DNA of 63,998 bases, filler included, from Octopus bimaculoides (taxonomy: Eukaryota), in assembly GCF_001194135.2 (NCBI RefSeq). It is 6 parts of 6 records of this genome, joined end to end, with 100 filler letters (N's around TTAATTAATTAA, not from the genome) between each part and the next. Parts side by side here need not be neighbours in the genome. Positions count along the whole stretch, not along the records: positions 39,497 to 55,848 come from NC_068993.1; positions 55,949 to 61,594 come from NC_068990.1; positions 61,695 to 62,893 come from NW_026330516.1; positions 62,994 to 63,998 come from NW_026301459.1; 2 more parts are not named here. One strand, 5' to 3'. The notes under the pieces were generated by a model. That model saw nothing but the letters and a program-made list of their open reading frames with translations, ran no database searches and was not told the DNA's origin. Positions 54,471 to 63,998 of this stretch are shown piece after piece (the stretch's first letter is position 1; each line of letters starts with the position of its first letter). A program made the translations under genes and the position numbers.

Positions 54471-55544
54471 CTGTACCAAATATTTTTTTCATTAATTACA
54501 AACCAATATGTGTTCAAATTAATCTAATCTCTTCTAGTTATACCTGTATTGGAGGGACTGAAAGGCAATGCTCATTGTCCTCTCCCACCTACTTATCCTT
54601 TAGCTAACCCCCACCACCACCACCACAAAAAAAGGGTGTATGGGCATGGCTCTGCAGATATGGAATTCACTCAAGTTCAATCCCACCGCACAGCACCTTG
54701 GACAAGTGTCATCTAGTGTAGCCTTGGACCAACCATTACTTTGAGAGTAAAATTGGTGCCTGTAGCACCCTCTTCTGGTCATTTCAATATGTGGTGACTC
54801 TGTTTGAGACATGTTTGTCCTTTTCTGTCTCCAATTTTTTCTCACTTTATTCTTTCTGTAGAAGAATGTATACTCAAAACCTATCTTGAGTGTAAACCTA
54901 CAATACCCTGTTTCTTTGTTTTTACCTGCCATGTTTTGTTTTTTTTTGTTCTTGTTCCATGTGTGTGTGTGTACAATGGAATTTAGTACAGTTTCCATCC
55001 ATCAAATTCACTCTCAAGACATCAGTCAGTCCAGGCTATAGTAATAGAAATTCATCCAAGGAGCCATACAGTAGCACTGAACCCCAAAACCACATAGTTC
55101 AAAAACAAAAGAAACATCTGTATTCTTGGCAGGTTTAAAATGAAGTCAGTTCTACATTCCTCTGACTTGGTTACCAACATGAATGTCTATACTTTTAATC
55201 GCACCTTAGAAACGCATATTACTACAAACAACTGTTGGTGCAAGCACAAATTGTTAGCTGGCCAGTAGGAGAACATATCAAAGTACTTGATTCTGCTACT
55301 GGGCCAACTAATTCTGTAGGGAGCTAAAGTAGGTATTTTCATTTGTTGCTGGGAAATTAATCAGACCTCCTCTATTACTATAATATCTAAGTAGGCTTTA
55401 GAACAGTTGACACTTCTGTTCTCAGTAATACCCCCAAGTCATATAAATGAGTTTGAGTGTGTGTCTGCATATATGTTACCACTAATCTCTCTCACTTTAC
55501 ATAGATACATACATATACACACACACAGACAGATAGATAGATAG

Positions 55545-55848
55545 GTTTCTTTATTAGCCACACAGGGCTCAACACAGAGGGGACAAAATACAAATGTAGA
55601 GTTTTTCTTTTCGAGGGGGTCGAAAACAAAGCAGAAAAAAAAACAAAAGTGGGGACAACGATGAAAAAATACATCGCAAAACGTTTGGGGTATTTACAAA
55701 AAATACGAAATAATACAAAAAATTCCCAATAAATGGGGAGGTTATCCGTGGAAAGAAAAACCTACGAAAAGACCACGGTAACCTCGGTCTTTAGCGTCAC
55801 AGTTTGTTTAATAAAATTTCTTTTATTTAAGCAAGAAACGTGAGTAAC
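55545..55848 (-). mobile_element. Probable LINE 3' UTR/terminus ending AATAAAGAAAC, followed by (CTAT)n
   Basis: T-rich 3' UTR-like sequence truncated at the contig end; tail homologous to the SINE tail at 19231-19272. Confidence 0.5.
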
Positions 55849-55948
55849 NNNNNNNNNNNNNNNNNNNNNNNNNNNNNNNNNNNNNNNNNNNNTTAATTAA
55901 TTAANNNNNNNNNNNNNNNNNNNNNNNNNNNNNNNNNNNNNNNNNNNN

Positions 55949-56114
<166 letters not shown>

Positions 56115-57881
56115 TATGTATGTATGTATGTATGTATATTTCCAGCTATAAGAATAAAAACTTTAAATTAATTTCAGAAAGGAAATATTATGCTAAACAT
56201 TCTTAATGATTGCTCTAACATATAATTACCACAAGGCACCTCAAGGATGTGCGCATGAGTGTTTGCTTTTCTCGTCATTCCTTTTGTTTCGCATATTAAC
56301 GTTGTGTGAACATAATTTTTAAATCCTCTCCGCTACTCGTTCGTCTTAAAATTCTTCAAATAATTGAAACGGTATTTTAAAAAGCCGAAGCAGATCGAAC
56401 GATTGAAGCATCACTTTGTTTCTTTACTCCCAAATGATTCGAAGAAGCATTTTCAAATATTATAAAAAAATAGAATAATAATAACAATAAAAATGGTGTG
56501 GCTGTATGGTAAGAAGCTTGCTTCTCAATCATGTGGTTCCAGGTTCAATCTCACTGCGTGGCATCTTGTGCAAATGTCTTCCACTATAACCTTGGGCCGG
56601 CCAAAGCCTTGTGAGTGGATTTGGTAGACTGAAACTGAAAGAAACTCGTCGAATTATATATATATATATNNNNNNNNNNNNNNNNNNNNNNNNNNNNNNN
56701 NNNNNNNNNNNNNNNNNNNNNNNNNNNNNNNNNNNNNNNNNNNNNNNNNNNNNNNNNNNNNNNNNNNNNNNNNNNNNNNNNNNNNNNNNNNNNNNNNNNN
56801 NNNNNNNNNNNNNNNNNNNNNNNNNNNNNNNNNNNNNNNNNNNNNNNNNNNNNNNNNNNNNNNNNNNNNNNNNNNNNNNNNNNNNNNNNNNNNNNNNNNN
56901 NNNNNNNNNNNNNNNNNNNNNNNNNNNNNNNNNNNNNNNNNNNNNNNNNNNNNNNNNNNNNNNNNNNNNNNNNNNNNNNNNNNNNNNNNNNNNNNNNNNN
57001 NNNNNNNNNNNNNNNNNNNNNNNNNNNNNNNNNNNNNNNNNNNNNNNNNNNNNNNNNNNNNNNNNNNNNNNNNNNNNNNNNNNNNNNNNNNNNNNNNNNN
57101 NNNNNNNNNNNNNNNNNNNNNNNNNNNNNNNNNNNNNNNNNNNNNNNNNNNNNNNNNNNNNNNNNNNNNNNNNNNNNNNNNNNNNNNNNNNNNNNNNNNN
57201 NNNNNNNNNNNNNNNNNNNNNNNNNNNNNNNNNNNNNNNNNNNNNNNNNNNNNNNNNNNNNNNNNNNNNNNNNNNNNNNNNNTAAGTCGATTGCATCGAC
57301 CCCAGTGCGTAACTAGTACTTAATTTATCGACCCCGAAAGGAGGAAAGGCAACGACCTCGGTGGAATTTGAACTCAGAACGTAAAGACAAACGAAATACC
57401 GCTACGCATTTCGCCGGGTGTGTTAACGTTTCAGCCAGCTCGCCGCCAGGAAAGAAGTAGATTAAAAAGTGAACAAAGAACTCTTAGTACCTTTTGAGAA
57501 AAAGAGAATGACTCTTACTTCAATTGGATCTAAGTATATAGGGCAAATAAATAAATAAATAAATAATTTGAACTGACGAATTCACTCACAAGGCTTCGGT
57601 TGGCACGCGGCCATAGTAGAAGACACTAGTCTAAGGTGCCACACAGTGGGATTCAACCCGGAAATATATAATTTCAAGGCAAACTACTTACCACATACTC
57701 ACTGTAAAGTGCAGCATGCAACCAAAATGGAATACTTGACTTCTACTTACTATTTCTTGTTCTCTTACATATTACGTATTACGTAAGCACGTACGTACAT
57801 ACATACATACATACATACATACATACATACATACATACGAATGTACGTAAGTACGTATGTACATACATACATGCATACATG

Positions 57882-57921
<40 letters not shown>

Positions 57922-59044
57922 CACAGATGGAACCCCTTTGGTCGCGAATGACCGTGAGATTGCGCCTAGAAAGTTACCCTTCGAGGCACAAGTCCAGGCA
58001 AGTTGGTTTTTGGGAAGACCAGCAGTCATTCATGCATACCAGCCATGTGACCGATGTTATCCAATGGGAAGGCAAAGGGGCCGATACAGCTTGGCACTTA
58101 GTGACGTCGCAACTCATTTCTACAGCTCAGTGAACAGAAGTAACGTGAAATAAAGTGTTTTGCTTAATAATACTACACACAGCTCAGTCAGCAACAGGCT
58201 TCTTTCATTTTCCGCTTATCAAATACACTAACAAGGTTTTGATTGACACGGGTCTGTAGTAGAAGAAGGCACTTGTCCATGTTACCAACCACTCAGTGGG
58301 ATTGTAACTGGAACCAAGTGGTAGGAAAGCAAACACCGTACCTCACTTCCACGTTTGTGCTAATTTGTGGGAACAAAATAGAATCCTAACGTTTTAAGCC
58401 ACGTTATTTCTTTGGGATACAAAAATAATTTTCAAAGCCATTTACTGAGATACCTATTTTATCAATACTGGAGTAGTAAATAAAATAAATTATATTTAAG
58501 ACATCCATCATTGCTGTTTGCAATTCATACAAAGCGCTTACTATACGTAAGGGATATAACTCTTTTTGATACAAGGGACACAACTCTTTTTCTACTGGCA
58601 AGGTAAATAACTCTTCCCACGACTATTTGATAATTAATCCTACCGAGTGGCGTTAACGTTTCATAGAATCCTATCTACGCCATGACGTTCGTTTTATGCG
58701 GAAAACAAAGAAATTAAAATTATTATAACTTAATGCATGTCAAATAATTAATCATTTCCATTTTGTTTCATTCGCTCGCAGTATATAGTTTCAAATATGA
58801 AGATCCACACAAAATTTGAGAAAGGACAGTGGAGTATGGTAGATGAGTGTTATACGGAATATTCTTTTGTTTCAGTCATTGGTTGCGGCCATACTGGGGC
58901 ACTAGCTTGAAGAATTTTAGTCGAATGAATCGATCTCAGTATTTTTATTTTTTTAAAGCCTGGTACTTATCCAATCGGTCGCTTTTTTGCCGATCCGCTA
59001 GTCTACGGGGACATAAACACACCAAGCCGGATCTCAAGCGGTGG

Positions 59045-59090
<46 letters not shown>

Positions 59091-59696
59091 ATACATACAC
59101 GGCGGGTTTCCTTCGGTTTCCTCTACTAAATCCATTCACAAGGCTTTGGTCGGCCCGAGGCTATAGTAGAAGGCATTCGTCGAAAGTGCCATGCAGGGAT
59201 GCTGAAATCTGCACCGTGCGGTTGGGAGGCCTTCTACTACGATCTAGCCATGCCGTCCCCGGAAAGTGTTGTATAGTGAAAGCGTACACCCCTTCCGGTA
59301 AAAAGTGGTAGTAACCAGCCATTATAAATAGACCAGTAGCCGACCGACAGTAGAAGGTCGAGAGTACGTGTAGACTGTGTTGATAGTCGTCTCTGTGTTG
59401 ACCTCGTCCACAAGGTGACTATTTAACAGCAAGTGATAAATTATCGTCTTCCAAGAGTTTCAGGTGGGAGTGCGAGAACTGTTCTTATCCCCTCAATTTT
59501 CTTAAATTGAGTGGCGGCCTCCAGTTAGGTCCGATTACCTTCTAGGTAGATGCTGTATAGCTCCATAAAGGAAAACTACTCCCACGAAGGTGGTCTTTCC
59601 AAGGGGTTATTCATTTTTCTGTTCTGCCCACGTTTTCTTTTGCCACTATTGTTGATGTTGTGGTTGTTGTTACTCTTATGTTGTTAAAATACTTAC

Positions 59697-59887
59697 CTTT
59701 CGGTTCACAAATAACTTGAATGTCACATTCTTGCTTTTGTTATTGTTGCTATTGCAGCCCTAGCATACGACCCTAAAACTACGCGAGCCGTTTTCGACAT
59801 CACTGCCGCTGCCAAATAGAAAAACTGCAGCAAACCTAGGGTAAAGACTAAGATGGCGGGTCACCACGGGACGCCTTTATGGTAACA
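59697..59887. promoter_or_regulatory. Candidate gene 5' region: YY1-type AAGATGGCGG with ATG and donor on +, GTAAGT donor on -
   Basis: AAGATGGCGG at 59850-59859; ATG GCG GGT CAC CAC GGG ACG CCT TTA TG|gtaaca; minus-strand AAG|gtaagt at 59697/59696; locally CpG-rich, non-repeat sequence. Confidence 0.4.
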
Positions 59888-60043
59888 GTATTTTGGGGTC
59901 TGCTGCATAAGCCTGTATAGGCTTGGAAGTCCGAGACAGGGGCTTCTCTGTGCGGTACACACAAGGGCAGGTCTAGGAGGCACACACTCTAGTTGTGCCC
60001 CTGTAGAAATATACATGGGCTCAGCTGGCGCTCATATATGTAT

Positions 60044-60268
60044 ACGATTATAACGAAGTCTCTGTTAGACACGATTATAACGAAGTCTCTGTTAGACACG
60101 ATTATAACGAAGTCTCTGTTAGACACGATTATAACGAAGTCTCTGTTAGACACGATTATAACGAAGTCTCTGTTAGACACGATTATAACGAAGTCTCTGT
60201 TAGACACGATTATAACGAAGTCTCTGTTAGACACGATTATAACGAAGTCTCTGTTAGACACGATTATA
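60044..60268. repeat. Perfect 27-bp minisatellite, 8 copies plus 9 bp
   Basis: Unit ACGATTATAACGAAGTCTCTGTTAGAC with no mismatches. Confidence 0.97.
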
Positions 60269-60669
60269 TATTTAGTGGACTAATTTGTTTTACATACGGA
60301 AATTACGAATTCTTTGACTTTTATACTTTGCTTCTAATATTGCAATTTTTTTCCTTTACAAATCATATTCTGCGCTATATCTCTTCTGTCAGTTTTAAGC
60401 CGACCATTAAGTATATAATTCCTTTTACAAATTACTCGCAAGTTATCTGAAAGGATATTCAATCAACATTTTACGATATCGTGATAACTTTTAAGAGCGC
60501 TACAGATAAAATAATACACAAGAAGATCGCTTTGCAACCGAGTGGTCTTGGGTTCAGTCCCTCTGCGAAACCTTGGACAAGTACCTTCTACCATAGCTTC
60601 AGGCCGACCAATGTCTAGTGAGCTATAGACTGAAACTGTACCACTGTTTAGAAGATATCTCTCTCTCTC

Positions 60670-60780
60670 TCTTCCGCGCGAGCTCTCTCTCTCTTTCTTT
60701 TCCGCGCGCGCTCTCTCTTTTCCGCGCGCGCTCTCTCTTTTCCGCGCGCGCTCTCTCTTTTCCGCGCGCGCTCTCTCTCT
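60670..60780. repeat. 20-bp tandem repeat TTTTCCGCGCGCGCTCTCTC (4 near-perfect copies plus 1 diverged), occupying the microsatellite slot of a SINE
   Basis: Seen directly; flanked by the SINE halves at ~60525-60655 and ~60785-60950. Confidence 0.9.
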
Positions 60781-62242
60781 CGTCTGCTTGTAATTTCACC
60801 ACCACTTGGCAATTGGTGTTTGTTTGAAGAGTCCGACTGAATAAGTACCGGACTTAAAAAGATCATTTCTGGGGGCGATTTGTTCGACTAAACACCGTCA
60901 AGACAGTAACCCAACACAACTGAAGTCCAATGACTGAAACTAATAAACAATGACGGACTACGCTCAACATAATTACAAATAGATAATTAAAGCATACTTA
61001 TTAGGATTTAAAAAATTTAAGCATGCTATGCATAATAAACTGATATATTTATATACAGAACATACTCTTTATTTTCCGTTTTATTTTTATTTCATTTATT
61101 GCTAGATTTGAACTGAAACCTTTTGTGAATTAAGCTATTAATTTGCTTTCTTTACATTTCCCGCCTCCTTTGATGCGAGAGTATGTGTGTTCAATAATGT
61201 TTGCGAGACTAGTGTTGCTTCTAATTCATATTTGAATTCATTCCTACGTATGCATCGTCGGGGCATACCCCCAGATGGTTTTAGCACTATTTTGCATATG
61301 GTCATGGACTGGTTGTTCAGTTCGCCCCCAATTCAGTTCAAATACGTGATGTTGATATGCCACAAGAAATGGCGATGCATCGCCGTCCATTGCCCCTGAA
61401 TGGGATTTGGGGTGAGTTGTCTCGCCTGTCTATGACTTCCAGGTATTTTAACATCCAGTGATTTGAGAGAGTCATCTTCACCACGTCAAATCGCAGCCTA
61501 CCGGCGAATAAGCACAGCATGTGCATTGAGTATGTGTGTTCGCTAATGTTTACAGCGCTAGCGCTGCTTCTTATTCATACTTGAATATATATATNNNNNN
61601 NNNNNNNNNNNNNNNNNNNNNNNNNNNNNNNNNNNNNNTTAATTAATTAANNNNNNNNNNNNNNNNNNNNNNNNNNNNNNNNNNNNNNNNNNNNACAGTA
61701 GTTCTAATGGCGATGGTGGTGACAAGTGTACAGGTGACAGTAGTAGTGGTGGCGGCGGTGGTAACAGCAGTGGTGGTGGTGGTGGTGGTGACATTGGTAA
61801 TTGCGCGGTGATGGCGATGGCGAGAGCGGTGACGATAGTGGTAGTGATTGTAGTGCTTATGGTGGTGATGGTGGTAGTCTGGTGAAAGCAGCAGCGGCGG
61901 CAGTATGGTGGCGGCGGTGGCGGCGTGGCGGCAGTGACAGTAGGTAGATAGGTAAGTAAGTATGAATAGCTGACTTCTTCGTGATCCCTTCATGTGGAAA
62001 ATATCGGTCAGAGCTGACCGATATTCAATGCGTTAGATAACTTGATATAGAAATATCAATTACACGAGAAGACATTGTAGTCATAGCGACACTCCAGACT
62101 ATTCAACTGCGTTTATTGCACACACACACACACACAAAGGCTCGTAGAAACATAGATATACAGTCACGTATACACATACACGTGTGTATATGCATACGTG
62201 ACAATATGTTGTCTTCTTATGCTATTACATAGTTCTCAATGA

Positions 62243-62280
<38 letters not shown>

Positions 62281-62539
62281 TTCTCTCTCTCTCCATCTCT
62301 CTCTCTCTCTATCTCTCTCCCTCTGTTTACCTCTCTCTCTCGCATTCTCTAATTAACACTTTCTTCCATTCTTTCATTCGTTACGTATGTCTGTCTTTAT
62401 GTATGTGTGTGTGTATTTATATAGAGAGAGATAAAAAGAAAGAAAGATAGATAGAAACACACACAGATATATATATATATATAAAAACAAATAGTAAATG
62501 AGTATATGCATATATACGTACAGGTATGTGCATACCGAC

Positions 62540-62893
62540 ATCCACCTGTATGTATAGGTGCATATCTGGGTACAGGACATTGCAAACAAACGTAGACGAG
62601 AACACACGAGCCACATAGAGAACATCTCCTTCATCAGCCACCCACGTTTTAACACCGGCGTTTCGACGAGCTTGGGCAGGACGCATCGCTAAAACGGCTC
62701 GTCCCATGGATCGCAGATTAAATTTGTATACGCAAATTAAATCTCGCCATGGAGGAATGTAGTGGCGGACAAAAAACAAGACAGGAAAACAAACAGAAAA
62801 GCTTTACGGCCAGACGAGAAAAATTATGTGTAAGAACGCGATAAGGCACGGACCCGAGAGAGACAAAGTGGTGCGTGCGTTGCTTGGCGAAAG
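62540..62893 (-). mobile_element. Penelope-like terminal repeat fragment (similar pieces at 8790-8910 and 26810-26965)
   Basis: Minus strand ...cgaaacgccgg...gctgatgaagg..., resembling the CTGATGAAG / GAAACG end motif. Family call is from memory. Confidence 0.45.
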
Positions 62894-62993
62894 NNNNNNN
62901 NNNNNNNNNNNNNNNNNNNNNNNNNNNNNNNNNNNNNTTAATTAATTAANNNNNNNNNNNNNNNNNNNNNNNNNNNNNNNNNNNNNNNNNNNN

Positions 62994-63998
62994 CACGTAC
63001 GTTCGCATTCCACTCGATCGGCTCAGAGGGAGAACGAACGGACGCACGTACGTTCGAATTCCTCTCGAACGGACGTACGTAAAGAGGGAGGCCGAACGGA
63101 AGCACGTACGTTCGAATTCCTCCCGAGCGGCTCAATAGGAGGCCGAAAGGACGGACGCACGTAAGTTCGAATTCCGCTCGAATGGACATACTTGTAGAGG
63201 GAGGCCGAACGGACGCACGTACGTACGTTCGAATTCCGCCCGAACCTACGTACTTAAAGAGTGAGGCCGAACGGACGCACGTACGTTCGAATTCCGATCG
63301 AACGGTGGAGAGGGAGGCCGAACGGACGCACGTACCTTCGAATTCTGCTCGAACGGTGGAGAGGGAGGCCGAACGGATGCATGTACGTTCGAATTCAGCT
63401 CGAACGGTGCAGAGGGAGCCCAAGAGGACGCACGTACGTTCGAATTCCGCTCAAACGGTACAGAGGGAGGCCGAACGGACGCACGTAATTTCAAATTCCG
63501 CTCGAACGGTGCAGAGGGAGGCCGATCGGACGCACGTACGTTCGAATTCCGCTCGAACGGCGCAGAGGGAATCCGAACGGTCTCACGTACGTTTGAATTC
63601 CGCTTGATCGTTGCTGAAGTAGGCCGAACGGAGGCACGAAAGTTCGAATTCCACTTGAGCGGCTCAAAGGGAGGCCGAACGGACGCCCGTACGTTCGAAT
63701 TCCGCTGGAAAGCTGGGGAGGGAGGCCGAACGGATGCACGTACGTTTGAATTCCGATCGAACGGAGCAGAGGGAGTCCGAACGTACGCACGTACTTTCGA
63801 ATTCCGCTCGATAGGTTCAGAGGGAGGCCGAACGGACGCACGTACGTTCGAATTACGCTCGAATGGTGCAGAGGAAGGCCGAACGGACGCACGTACGTTC
63901 CAATTCCGCTCGAACGGCGCAGAGGGAGGCCGAACGAACGCACGTACTTTCGAATTCCAATCGATCGGCTCAGAAGGAGGCCGAACGAACGCACGTAC
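62994..63998. repeat. CpG-rich 51-bp satellite array (~19-20 diverged units), runs off the window
   Basis: Consensus GAACGGTGCAGAGGGAGGCCGAACGGACGCACGTACGTTCGAATTCCGCTC; the 17-aa periodicity in the ORF track confirms the 51-bp unit. Confidence 0.95.

Noticed and set aside
60044-60268. CRISPR-like 27-bp repeats
   Set aside because: Head-to-tail with no spacers, eukaryotic context, no cas genes
63182-63994. Repeat-protein ORFs in the satellite
   Set aside because: Openness follows from a 51-bp unit lacking stops in some frames; other units have indels and stops, and there is no start or splice context

Overview
This is AT-rich, microsatellite- and SINE-dense eukaryotic DNA from a gapped draft assembly. 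The SINE families and repeat landscape look like octopus (coleoid cephalopod) sequence; that is recognition from memory, not a database hit. Five 100-bp spacers (N44-TTAATTAATTAA-N44) split the window into six contigs whose adjacency is not guaranteed. The only protein-coding gene I can support is a minus-strand IFT27/RABL4 orthologue. Its last five coding exons (21951-13786, 148 aa to the stop) have canonical GT-AG sites and consistent phases; exons 1-2 are not visible. Its G3 motif reads DTPS instead of DxxG. Nearly all ORFs in the supplied track are microsatellite, SINE or N-gap artefacts. The rest is tRNA-derived SINEs, RTE/CR1/Tx1-like LINE remnants, hAT and piggyBac-like MITEs, a 435-bp foldback palindrome, two local duplications, a perfect 27-bp minisatellite and a CpG-rich 51-bp satellite. 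I found no clear novel multi-gene system. The best leads are the atypical IFT27 switch II, an apparent SINE/LINE pair sharing a 3' tail and associated with (CTAT)n, a TSD-flanked GC-rich insert in IFT27 intron 3, and a diverged ~350-bp tandem duplication with a conserved splice-acceptor-like core.
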